From Gemmatimonadales bacterium (GTDB lineage Bacteria; Gemmatimonadota; Gemmatimonadetes; Gemmatimonadales; GWC2-71-9), in contig JBBQFH010000014.1 of assembly GCA_038321865.1 (NCBI GenBank), positions 1 through 64,000 of the forward strand: 64,000 nucleotides of DNA, in the 5' to 3' direction. The notes beneath the pieces are model-generated. The model was not told the origin of the DNA, searched no databases, and worked only from the letters and a program-made list of their open reading frames with translations. The position numbers were made by a program, and so were the translations under genes. Shown in pieces: positions 1-11,669 of the stretch (positions are counted from its first letter, which is position 1; every line of letters starts with the position of its first letter).

Positions 1-2
1 TG

Positions 3-626
3 GAGAACACGTTTCGCAGCGTGAACATCGGGCTCGTGAACGAGATGGCGATCGTGTGTGACAAGCTCGGTGTCGACGTGTGGGAGGTGATCGAGGCCGC
101 GGCGACCAAGCCGTTCGGCTTCATGAAGTTCCTCCCCGGTCCCGGGCTGGGCGGCCACTGCATTCCCATCGATCCGCATTACCTCGCGTGGAAGATGCGC
201 GGGCTCAACTACAAGACCCGGTTCATCGACCTCGCCGGAGAGCTCAACACGGAGATGCCGCTGTTCTGGGTGCGGAAAGTCGTGGCGGCGCTCAATAGCC
301 ATTCCAAGGCGATGCGGGGCTCCCGCGTGCTCGTCCTCGGTGTCGCCTACAAGCGCGACATCGACGACATCCGGGAGAGCCCCGCCCTCGACATCATCAA
401 GCTGCTCGAGGCGGAGGGCGCGGAGGTGACCTACCACGATCCGTATGTGCCGCACTTCCGCGAGGACGGGCACGCATTCTCCTCGGTGCCGCTCAGCGCC
501 GAATCGCTGGCGGCCGCGGACTGCGTGGTGGTCGTGACGGATCATTCGTCCATTGACTACCACCTGGTGAAGCGCGCGGCGCGCCTCGTGGTGGACACGC
601 GGCACGCCCTTCCGCGCGACGGCTGA
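3..626 (+). CDS. Nucleotide-sugar (UDP-GlcNAc/ManNAc-type) dehydrogenase, 5' truncated by window edge
   Basis: Frame open from the window start (ENTFRSVNIGLVNE). Catalytic GPGLGGHCIPIDP and GVAYKRDIDDIRESP motifs. Confidence 0.9.
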   Translation, partial: ENTFRSVNIGLVNEMAIVCDKLGVDVWEVIEAAATKPFGFMKFLPGPGLGGHCIPIDPHYLAWKMRGLNYKTRFIDLAGELNTEMPLFWVRKVVAALNSHSKAMRGSRVLVLGVAYKRDIDDIRESPALDIIKLLEAEGAEVTYHDPYVPHFREDGHAFSSVPLSAESLAAADCVVVVTDHSSIDYHLVKRAARLVVDTRHALPRDG

Positions 627-627
627 T

Positions 628-1953
628 GTGCGGGTAGCCGTTGTGGGGAGCGGGTATGTCGGCCTGGTGGCCGGCGCCTGCCTGGCGGAGACCGGCAACG
701 ACGTCATGAGTGTGGACGTGGATGCGGCCAAGATCGAACGGCTGAAGCGCAACGAGCTTCCGATCTACGAGCCGGGGCTCGAGACGCTGGTCGCGCGGAA
801 CCAGGCGGACGGGCGGCTGACGTTCACCACGGACCTCGGCGCGGCGGTCGAGCCCGCCCGGGTCGTCTTCATCGCCGTCGGCACCCCGCCCGGCGAGGAC
901 GGCTCGGCCGACCTCTCGCATGTGCTCGAGGCGGCGGGCGCCATCGGCGAGCACATGGTGGATTCCAAGGTCATCGCCACCAAGTCGACCGTGCCGGTAG
1001 GCACCGCCGAGCGCGTCCGGACCGCGATCCGCGCGAAGACCGATACGCCGTTCTTCATCTGCTCCAATCCCGAGTTTCTGAAGGAAGGGGCGGCGGTCGA
1101 GGATTTCATGAAGCCCGATCGCGTCGTCATCGGCGTCGACAGCGACGAGGCGGCCGAAACGATGGCCGAGCTGTACGCCCCGTTCACGCGACAGGGAGGG
1201 GAGCGCATTCTGTTCATGGACATCGCCTCAGCCGAGGTCACCAAGTACGCCGCGAACGCCATGCTGGCGACCCGCATCTCGTTCATGAACGAGATGGCGA
1301 TGTTCTGCGAGGGCGTGGGTGCCGATATCGACCAGGTCCGTTACGGTATCGGGTCCGACCGCCGGATCGGCCGGGCGTTCCTGTACCCGGGCCCGGGATA
1401 CGGCGGCTCCTGTTTCCCGAAGGACGTGAAGGCCGTCATTGGAACCGCCGCGCGCATGGGGCTGTCGCTGGACCTCCTTCGCGCCGTGGAGGCGGTGAAC
1501 GACCGCCAGAAGCAAGTGCTGCTCGAGAAGGCGCACCGCTACCTCGGCGCCGGTCTCGCCGGCCGCACGGTTGCGGTCTGGGGCCTTGCCTTCAAGGCCG
1601 AGACGGACGACATCCGGGAGAGCCCGGCGATCGCGCTGGTGGAAGGGCTGCTGGCCTCCGGCGCCCAGGTGCGGGTCCACGATCCGAAGGCGATGGACGC
1701 GGCGCGCACGGTGCTGGGTGCCCGAGTCACGTACGCCACCGATCCCTATTCGGCCGTCGATCAGGCCGACGCGCTGATCGTCGCCACCGAATGGCTCGTG
1801 TATCGCACACCCGACTTTGCCCGCGTCAGGCGATCGATGCGCCGGCCGCTCGTCATCGACGGCCGCAACCTGTACGAGCCCGATCGGATGCGAGCGGCCG
1901 GCTTCGAGTACGAGGGCATTGGCCGCCGGCGGGCGACATGTCCCGCGTCCTGA
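628..1953 (+). CDS. ugd: UDP-glucose 6-dehydrogenase
   Basis: GSGYVG Rossmann motif, NPEFLKEG, GYGGSCFPKD, FKAETDDIRESP. Confidence 0.93.
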   Translation: MRVAVVGSGYVGLVAGACLAETGNDVMSVDVDAAKIERLKRNELPIYEPGLETLVARNQADGRLTFTTDLGAAVEPARVVFIAVGTPPGEDGSADLSHVLEAAGAIGEHMVDSKVIATKSTVPVGTAERVRTAIRAKTDTPFFICSNPEFLKEGAAVEDFMKPDRVVIGVDSDEAAETMAELYAPFTRQGGERILFMDIASAEVTKYAANAMLATRISFMNEMAMFCEGVGADIDQVRYGIGSDRRIGRAFLYPGPGYGGSCFPKDVKAVIGTAARMGLSLDLLRAVEAVNDRQKQVLLEKAHRYLGAGLAGRTVAVWGLAFKAETDDIRESPAIALVEGLLASGAQVRVHDPKAMDAARTVLGARVTYATDPYSAVDQADALIVATEWLVYRTPDFARVRRSMRRPLVIDGRNLYEPDRMRAAGFEYEGIGRRRATCPAS

Positions 1954-2909
1954 TCACCGGCGTGGCCGGCTTCCTCGGCTCACATCTCGCCGACACGCTG
2001 CTGGCGCGCGGCGACGATGTCGTCGGCATCGATAATTTCGATGCGTTCTACGATCGCCACACAAAGGAGCAGAACCTCGCGAGCGCCCGCACGGAGCGGC
2101 GATTCCGGTTCGTCGAATGCGACATCCACGATGCCGCCGGCATGCGCGAGCTGTTGACGCCGGATACCGCGGTCGTCCACCTGGCCGCGAAGGCGGGCGT
2201 GCGGCCCTCGCTGGCCGACCCGGCCGGCTATGCGCACGCCAACGTGGAGGGTACGGCGGCGGTCATCATGGCCATGCGAAGCGTCGGTGCCACCCGTCTC
2301 GTCTTCGCGTCATCGTCGTCGGTGTATGGCGATGACACCCCGGCGCCGTTCCGGGAAGACGCTCCGGCGCTGCAGCCCGTCTCGCCCTATGCCGCGACCA
2401 AACGCGCCGCGGAGCTGCTGCTGCTTGCCTGCGCCGGTGACGCGGGCCTCCGTGCGATCGTGTTGCGGCTTTTCACGGTGTACGGGCCCCGCCAACGCCC
2501 CGATCTGGCGATTCACGCCTTCGCCAACCGGATGGTTGCGGGCCGCGCGGTCACGCTGTTCGGCGATGGGACATCCGCCCGCGACTACACCTTCGTCGCC
2601 GATGCGATGGCCGGCATGCTGGCCGCGCTGGGGCGGACGGCGACGCGCCCCCGCGGCTCGGTGGAGACGATCAACATCGGCGGTAACCATCAGGTGATGC
2701 TCGACGTACTGGTGCTGGAGCTGGCGGCGGCACTCGGCGTGGAGCCGGTGACCGAGCGGCAGGCTCCTCAGCCGGGCGACGTCCGTCGAACCTGGGCCGA
2801 TCTGACGCGGGCCCGTTCGGCCCTGGGTTACGAGCCTCGTACGACATTGCCGGACGGGCTCCGGGCCTTCGTCGCCTGGTTCAGGAAGTCCCATGCACTC
2901 GCCAACTGA
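1938..2909 (+). CDS. NAD-dependent epimerase/dehydratase (UDP-glucuronate epimerase-like)
   Basis: ATG 1938 gives MSRVLITGVAGFLG. HLAAKAGVRPS, ASSSSVYG, YAATK, YGPRQRPDLA. Confidence 0.88.
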   Translation: MSRVLITGVAGFLGSHLADTLLARGDDVVGIDNFDAFYDRHTKEQNLASARTERRFRFVECDIHDAAGMRELLTPDTAVVHLAAKAGVRPSLADPAGYAHANVEGTAAVIMAMRSVGATRLVFASSSSVYGDDTPAPFREDAPALQPVSPYAATKRAAELLLLACAGDAGLRAIVLRLFTVYGPRQRPDLAIHAFANRMVAGRAVTLFGDGTSARDYTFVADAMAGMLAALGRTATRPRGSVETINIGGNHQVMLDVLVLELAAALGVEPVTERQAPQPGDVRRTWADLTRARSALGYEPRTTLPDGLRAFVAWFRKSHALAN

Positions 2910-3597
2910 TCTGCTGCTGGCTCGCGCCCGCGAGCGGTTCTCGCTGCAGGACTATTACGGCGCGGTCCACATGCTGGAGGAAGTTTTGTCGCAGGGGCAC
3001 GCCTTTGCCGACGTCCATCACCTGCTCGGCGTCTCACTGTCGCTGCTCTCGCAACCCGAGCGGGCGCTGGCCGAGTTCGACCGCGCCCTGGCGCTCAATC
3101 CGCGCTACATCGAGGCCCTGATTCACCGCGGCCTCGTGCTCAACGAAATGGGCCGGACCGAGGACGCGCAGGAGACGTTCGGGCGCGCCGCGGCAATCGA
3201 TGCCGGTACGATCGCCGGGTTTCCGGCCCCTGTCGCCGCGCAGCTGGCCAACCGCCACGCCGAGCTGGCGCAGGCCTATGCCGACGTCGGTGCGCTCACT
3301 AATGCCATCGAGCAGTACGAACGGGCGCTCGAGCTCGGGCCAACGTTTCACGATCTGCGTTATCGCATGTGCCGCCTGCTGCTCGAGGCCGGCCGCGCGC
3401 TCGAGGCACGGCAGGAGCTGGAGATCGTCGTGGCCGCGCGCCCGAATTTCGTCGATGCGGAGGCGGCGCTCGGGCTGGCGCGCTATCTGTCGGGGGACGC
3501 AGCCGGGGCGCGTGAAGTGTGGGCATCGTGCCTGGCCCGGCGGCCGGAGAATACGCGTGTCGAGGCATACCTGGCGATGGTGGATCGCGCCGAGTGA
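2893..3597 (+). CDS. Tetratricopeptide repeat protein (cytoplasmic)
   Basis: Repeated TPR helices (ALALNPRYIEA, ALELGPTFHDL, ARPNFVDA). No signal peptide. Confidence 0.8.
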   Translation: MHSPTDLLLARARERFSLQDYYGAVHMLEEVLSQGHAFADVHHLLGVSLSLLSQPERALAEFDRALALNPRYIEALIHRGLVLNEMGRTEDAQETFGRAAAIDAGTIAGFPAPVAAQLANRHAELAQAYADVGALTNAIEQYERALELGPTFHDLRYRMCRLLLEAGRALEARQELEIVVAARPNFVDAEAALGLARYLSGDAAGAREVWASCLARRPENTRVEAYLAMVDRAE

Positions 3598-4508
3598 ACC
3601 GCCGCTTCCTGTTGCTGCCGGTGCTGGCCGGGTGTGCCGGCGGCGGTGCCCCGGATTCGGAGCTGCTCGGCGATCGGGCGTATGCGGCCGGCCGCTTCCC
3701 GGAAGCCGTCATTCACTATGACGCGGGCATCGCGGCGCGGCCCGATGGGCGTCTATGGGCCAAGCTGGGCGCCGCCGCGCTGCACGCCGGCGCGCTGCAA
3801 CGGGCCGGCGAAGCGTACACCCGTCTTGGCACTGAAGACCCGACGCGGACCGATGAGGCCGCCGACGGGCTCGAGCAGGTGGTGCACGCCGCGAGCTTGG
3901 GCGCCGATGGCGCGGCGCTCCGGCCGTCACTGCTGGCGCTGCGGCGGATCGCGCCGGGGCGGCCGGTGCTCCGCTACGCACTCGCAGTGGCACGGGATCC
4001 CTCGCTTGGTCCGGCCGACGCCATCACCGTACTGCCTCAGGCGCTCGCCGCGGCGGACGAGCCGCGGACCGTGGACTCGCTGCTCGCCCAGTATGGGCGA
4101 GCGCTGGAACAGACAGCGTCGTGCGAGGCGGCGGCGCTGGCGTTCGGGGCCGCGTTGCGGCGCTCGGCGGATTCGGGGCTGCGGTCGGCTGCGCGCAGCG
4201 GCTTGGCCGCCTGTTCGATGCGCCTCGGGACGGGTGCGCTGGCGTCCGGGCGCCCGGCCGACGCCGAGCGCTGGTTTTCGACCGTCACCGCGACCGACTC
4301 CACGTCGCCGCTCGGGCGCCGGGCACTCGTCGGCCTCGGCGACGCGCGCCGCGCCCGTGCCGACACGGCGGGAGCCATTTCGGCCTACACCGCGACTGTC
4401 GCGCTCGGCGGCGGGGCGGACTCCTTAAGCCAGCTGGCGGCGGCGCGGCTCAGCGCGCTCCGTCCGCAACAGACCGCGGGGGATTCCTCCCGCACGGGCA
4501 TACCATGA
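3594..4508 (+). CDS. Hypothetical TPR-like lipoprotein
   Basis: GTG 3594 overlaps the upstream stop (GTGA). Lipobox VLAGC. Ala-rich helical repeats. Confidence 0.65.
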   Translation: MNRRFLLLPVLAGCAGGGAPDSELLGDRAYAAGRFPEAVIHYDAGIAARPDGRLWAKLGAAALHAGALQRAGEAYTRLGTEDPTRTDEAADGLEQVVHAASLGADGAALRPSLLALRRIAPGRPVLRYALAVARDPSLGPADAITVLPQALAAADEPRTVDSLLAQYGRALEQTASCEAAALAFGAALRRSADSGLRSAARSGLAACSMRLGTGALASGRPADAERWFSTVTATDSTSPLGRRALVGLGDARRARADTAGAISAYTATVALGGGADSLSQLAAARLSALRPQQTAGDSSRTGIP

Positions 4509-5311
4509 TTCGTCGCTGTATCGCGCTTTCCGCTGTGCTGCTGGTCGGCTGCGCCCACGGCGTGCGTCGGGAGACGCCCACGCCCGGTCCGGCGCTCATC
4601 GCCGAGGCCCGCGGCGCGACGCCGGGGCAGCTGGATTCGCTCTGGGCCGCGGCGGAGACCGCGCACCAGCGCGAAAAATGGGATGATGTCGTGAAGGTGG
4701 TGCAGCGGTTCATGCTCGAGCTCCCCGCCGGGGACGCGCGCGCCTCGAAGGCACGCCTGTATCTCGGTGACGCCTACATCGGCAAGCACGAGTATCTCGA
4801 CGCGGCGCGCGAGTTTCGTCGCGTATCCGATGAGAATCCGCTCGATCCGCTGGCGCCGGATGGCCTGCTGCGTGTCGGGGATGCCTACGCCAAGCTGTGG
4901 CGGCGCCCGGAGCTGGACGCCACGTATGGCCAGACGGCACTCGCGACCTACCAGGAGCTCCTCAGCCGGTACCCGGGCACCGAGGCGGCCAAGCAGGCGC
5001 AGCTGCGGATCGGTGCGCTCGACAATCTTTTCGCCCAAAAGCAGTTCAAGTCCGCGCAGTATTACATGCGGCTCAAGGCATACGACTCGGCGATCCTCTA
5101 CCTGAAGGATCTGGTCGTCAGCTATCCTCGCGCGGCCCTTGTGCCCGAAGCGCTCGTCAGGCTGATCCGGGCGTACCGCGGCCTGAGTTACGTGGAGGAC
5201 GTCCAGGAGACCTGCGAATATCTCAGGAAATACCACCCCACCTACGCGCCAGGCACCGCGACCTGCGCCGGCGTCGCGCCGCCGGCCGCGCCGGCTGCGC
5301 CGGCGTCGTGA
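4505..5311 (+). CDS. bamD: Outer membrane protein assembly factor BamD
   Basis: Lipobox LVGC, TPR helices, ELDATYGQTALATYQELLSRYPG, AQYYMRLKAYDSAILY. The bamD-nadD adjacency is typical. Confidence 0.8.
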   Translation: MIRRCIALSAVLLVGCAHGVRRETPTPGPALIAEARGATPGQLDSLWAAAETAHQREKWDDVVKVVQRFMLELPAGDARASKARLYLGDAYIGKHEYLDAAREFRRVSDENPLDPLAPDGLLRVGDAYAKLWRRPELDATYGQTALATYQELLSRYPGTEAAKQAQLRIGALDNLFAQKQFKSAQYYMRLKAYDSAILYLKDLVVSYPRAALVPEALVRLIRAYRGLSYVEDVQETCEYLRKYHPTYAPGTATCAGVAPPAAPAAPAS

Positions 5312-5882
5312 GCCTGGTTGGCCTGCTGGGTGGGTCGTTCGACCCCATCCATCACGGGCACCTGATCGCCGCGACCGCCGCGGCGGAGGCGCTGGGGCTG
5401 GACGAGCTCCGCCTTGTCCCTGCGGTCGAACAGCCGCTGAAGGCCGGCCGGCACGCCGCCTCCGCCGGGCAGCGGGCCGACATGGTCGCGCTGGCCATCG
5501 GGGGTCGGGATGGGTTCACGCTGGAGCGGTGTGAGCTCGATCGACCCGGTCCCTCATACACCGTCGACACGCTTCGCCTGCTGCACGAGCGGGACCCTGG
5601 TGCCGACTTCGTCGTGCTGCTGGGCGCGGATGCGGCGGCGGAGCTTCCGCACTGGCGGGAGCCGGACGAGGTGCTGCGGCTGGCGCGGGTAGCCGTATTC
5701 GGGCGGCCCGGAGCCCCGCAGGTGGACGACCCGGCCGTGTGGCGCCGGTTCGCCGTACCCGCGCTGGAGATTTCGGCAACCGCCATCCGGGAGCGGGTCG
5801 CGACGGGCCGGTCGATTCGCTACTGGGTGCCCGACGCCGTCTCCGACTATATCGCCAGGCACAGCTTATATTTGAGTCACGT

Positions 5883-5886
<4 letters not shown>
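5308..5886 (+). CDS. nadD: Nicotinate-nucleotide adenylyltransferase
   Basis: GGSFDPIHHGH, SYTVDTL, LLGAD, ISATAIRER. Confidence 0.93.
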
Positions 5887-9020
<3,134 letters not shown>

Positions 9021-9063
9021 GACCTCTCGGGCCTGCCGGTCGGTTCATCTCAACGCAACTGGC

Positions 9064-10476
9064 TCACCGTGCGGGTCCGACTGTCGGATCGTACAACGAC
9101 ATGATTCGCGTTGCGCGGAACACGTAGCCGACGCTGCCGGTCAGGTGCCAGACGACCGCGCCTGAGGCATCGTATTCCTCCACCCGCCGTCCACTGCCAA
9201 GGGAGGCGAGCACCCGACCGTTGGCCAGCTGCTGCACGCTTCCGCCCAGCAATCCCACCACTGACGGCATCGAGTTGAACGCGCCTACCTGGCGTGCCGA
9301 ACGCGTCGCCTCATCGAGCTGATACCGCTCGACGCGGGAGCCGGTGACTTCCCCACGGTTGTCGATCAGCAGCAGCGTCCCGGGGCCGGTGATCCGGAGG
9401 CCGTGCTGTCCCACAAAGGCCGGCGCGGCCGTACCCTCGAAGGTGAACTGGTTGGCCCGCCCGCCGAGCCGCCAGATCACCGCGCCGGTGCTGGTCGAGA
9501 GCTTGGTGATCTCGTTCAGGCTCCGGAAGGAGACGAGCAGATTGCCGTCCGTGTCGAGTGCCAGCGCGTTGCCATGAGTCCAGTTGACGATTGGGCCGCC
9601 ACGATCCGCGGGGTCCAGATCAGAGATGGCGAAGTGATCGAACGGGCTCCACTGAAACAGGAGCCCTCCCGACGCGCTGATATGCTGCACGACCGTTCCC
9701 GTGACCAGCGCGGCCGCCTGCCCCCCATCCGACGTGAGATCCATAATCCGGGTGTCGTCGCACATGACCCAGTACCCGCCATCCGGGTCGCGGATATAAT
9801 CGTGGAACCGCGGCAGAAGGTTCAGCGCGCAGCCAAACGTCCGGGTGAGATTACCCATCGGGTCGAGCTCGACCCAGGGGTCGAGGTCGCTGGTGCTGGG
9901 TGTCATCGGTCGTGCCGCGTAATGACCCCCCGCTGGCATGAAGTTGAGTCCTGGGCCGTCCGGAAACGCCCGGTACCACACGACCCGGCCCGCATTGTCG
10001 ATGACCAGCCCGTAGTTGCCGGCGGCAAATACCACGTAACCCGGCGATGGATCGGAGCCGCTCACCGTGAACTCGGGGAGGTCGGACGGCAGCGCGCCGG
10101 TGGTGAAAGTGACGGAGTCGCCGATCGTGATTCCTCCCGCGCCATGAGCGATGGGCCGGAAGCTGTACTGATGTTCTGGCCGCAGCCCAAGAACCGGAAT
10201 GGCGGCAAAGTCTCCGGGGGCGGGGATGGATGGGGTGACGAGTTCACCAGCGCCAGGATCGCTGCCGTCGAGGATCTGCACGGACACGCTGTCGGCATTC
10301 CGGACGTGCACCCCTACGGTGACACTGAGCACGTTGTACGGATTGGGCGCCAGCCCGCTCGCCTTGATCGACGGCGGCGGTGTCGACGTGGGCGTGGTCG
10401 ACTCACCCGTACAGGCGGCGATGACCGCCGCGCCGACGACTGACGACGTCAAGCCGCGAGCCAGGCGAAAACTCAT
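9064..10476 (-). CDS. Arylsulfotransferase (ASST)-family beta-propeller lipoprotein
   Basis: ATG 10476 with lipobox IAAC. His motifs RFHD, WTHGNAL, LVSFRSLNEITKL...WRLGG and GQHGLR resemble the ASST family. Confidence 0.72.
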   Translation of the reverse strand: MSFRLARGLTSSVVGAAVIAACTGESTTPTSTPPPSIKASGLAPNPYNVLSVTVGVHVRNADSVSVQILDGSDPGAGELVTPSIPAPGDFAAIPVLGLRPEHQYSFRPIAHGAGGITIGDSVTFTTGALPSDLPEFTVSGSDPSPGYVVFAAGNYGLVIDNAGRVVWYRAFPDGPGLNFMPAGGHYAARPMTPSTSDLDPWVELDPMGNLTRTFGCALNLLPRFHDYIRDPDGGYWVMCDDTRIMDLTSDGGQAAALVTGTVVQHISASGGLLFQWSPFDHFAISDLDPADRGGPIVNWTHGNALALDTDGNLLVSFRSLNEITKLSTSTGAVIWRLGGRANQFTFEGTAAPAFVGQHGLRITGPGTLLLIDNRGEVTGSRVERYQLDEATRSARQVGAFNSMPSVVGLLGGSVQQLANGRVLASLGSGRRVEEYDASGAVVWHLTGSVGYVFRATRIMSLYDPTVGPAR

Positions 10477-10589
10477 GGGCTCCAGGCGGGGTCGGAGTGA
10501 AACGAGATCCAGCACACAATTCTGCCGTTGTGACACGGATCGGCGGGAGGATATTGCTCGGCCACATTCAGTCGCATCAGCTCGATATC

Positions 10590-10790
10590 TCAATCCGCCG
10601 GTTCGAGCTCGAAGATCGCCTCGACAGTCTGGTGGAAGATCCGGCTCAATTTCATGGCGAGCGGCAGGCTGGGGTCGGACCGGCCGGCCTCGATCGCGTT
10701 GATCGCCTGGCGGGAGACTCCTGCGCGACGCCCAAGCTCGCCCTGTGACCACCCGCGCTCAGCCCGGAGCACCCGCAGCCGGTTCTTCAC
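10590..10790 (-). CDS. XRE-family helix-turn-helix transcriptional regulator (66 aa)
   Basis: MKNRLRVLRAERGWSQGELGRRAGVSRQAINAIEAGRSDPSLPLAMKLSRIF...VEAIF is a classic small XRE sequence. Confidence 0.92.
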   Translation of the reverse strand: MKNRLRVLRAERGWSQGELGRRAGVSRQAINAIEAGRSDPSLPLAMKLSRIFHQTVEAIFELEPAD

Positions 10791-10840
10791 CCGCGACCAG
10801 GTCCCACCAACAGTCCAGGCACCCCGCGAGGCGTCGTCAT
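10787..10840 (-). other. 17-aa upstream ORF or gene remnant (MTTPRGVPGLLVGPGRG) coupled to the XRE gene
   Basis: GGAG ribosome-binding site upstream of ATG 10840. Its TGA overlaps the XRE GTG start (GTGA). Confidence 0.5.
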
Positions 10841-10855
10841 CGTGGCGTCTCCGAA

Positions 10856-10894
10856 TGTAAGGTTGACCTGACCACGTGTAATGTAAGCATTACA
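10856..10894. promoter_or_regulatory. Tandem inverted-repeat operators, probably bound by the XRE regulator
   Basis: TGTAAGG-N4-CCTGACC (10856-10873) and perfect TGTAATG-N4-CATTACA (10877-10894), 21 bp apart, just upstream of the XRE unit. Confidence 0.7.
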
Positions 10895-10991
10895 TTGCCT
10901 CAAGCGGAGGGGCTCACGCCGTCCGCAATGGCAGGGAACGCGCCGACCGATTTGGGCACCGGCAGCCGGGAATAACCGCCTATGCTGCTGG

Positions 10992-11669
10992 ATGCCGAAC
11001 TGCCTGCGAGCTTCCTCCGAACTTCCGCGGGAACGCCTCTGGTCGCTCGGTCCGGCCGCGTTGACGACAGCCGAACTCGTCGCCATCCTCTTGGGAACCG
11101 GCTCGCCCGGCTGTACCGTTCTCGAAACGGCGGGAGCCCTGCTCGCTCCGGGCGACGGCTCCCTGCGGCGCCTGGCTGCGCGACCGACGGCCGAGCTGCT
11201 GCGGGCGGCGGGGGTCGGACCTGGAAAGGCCGCCCGCCTGATCGCGGCCTTCGAGTTGGGTGGGCGGCTCAGCCGGGAAGGTCGTCCGGCGCTCCCGCGC
11301 ATCCGCGAGCCGGAGGATGTCGTCCGGCTCTTCGACGGGCGACTGCGCGACCTGCAGGTCGAGGAATTCCGCCTGCTGGCGCTCGACAGCCAGAGCCAGG
11401 TGCTGCGGGAAGTGCTGGTCACGAGAGGGTTGCTCAACAGCTCGCTGGTCCATCCGCGGGAGGTGTTCCGGCCGGCCATCGCGGAGGCCGCCGCCGGGAT
11501 CATCGTGGTGCACAACCATCCGAGCGGGGACCCGACGCCGTCGGCCGAAGACCGGGCCGTCACCCGGCAGCTGGTGTCGGCCGGGCAGCTGCTCGACCTG
11601 CCACTGTATGATCATGTCATCATTGCGGGAGACCGTTTCGTGAGCTTTGCCGCCGCGGGGCTGCTGTGA
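10992..11669 (+). CDS. radC: RadC/JAB domain protein (full-length chromosomal type)
   Basis: PRERL...ELVAILLGTG, HhH GVGPGKA, VHPREVF, JAMM motif HNHPSGDPTPSAED, DHVII. Confidence 0.93.
   Translation: MPNCLRASSELPRERLWSLGPAALTTAELVAILLGTGSPGCTVLETAGALLAPGDGSLRRLAARPTAELLRAAGVGPGKAARLIAAFELGGRLSREGRPALPRIREPEDVVRLFDGRLRDLQVEEFRLLALDSQSQVLREVLVTRGLLNSSLVHPREVFRPAIAEAAAGIIVVHNHPSGDPTPSAEDRAVTRQLVSAGQLLDLPLYDHVIIAGDRFVSFAAAGLL

Noticed and set aside
10477..10752. N-terminal extension of the ASST-like ORF to 562 aa overlapping the XRE gene
   Set aside because: The lipoprotein signal begins at ATG 10476, and the extension is an out-of-frame reading of the XRE gene and spacer.
10992..11669. radC as a marker of a mobile element
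   Set aside because: It is the full-length HhH-containing chromosomal form coupled to rel, with no integrase or conjugation genes nearby.
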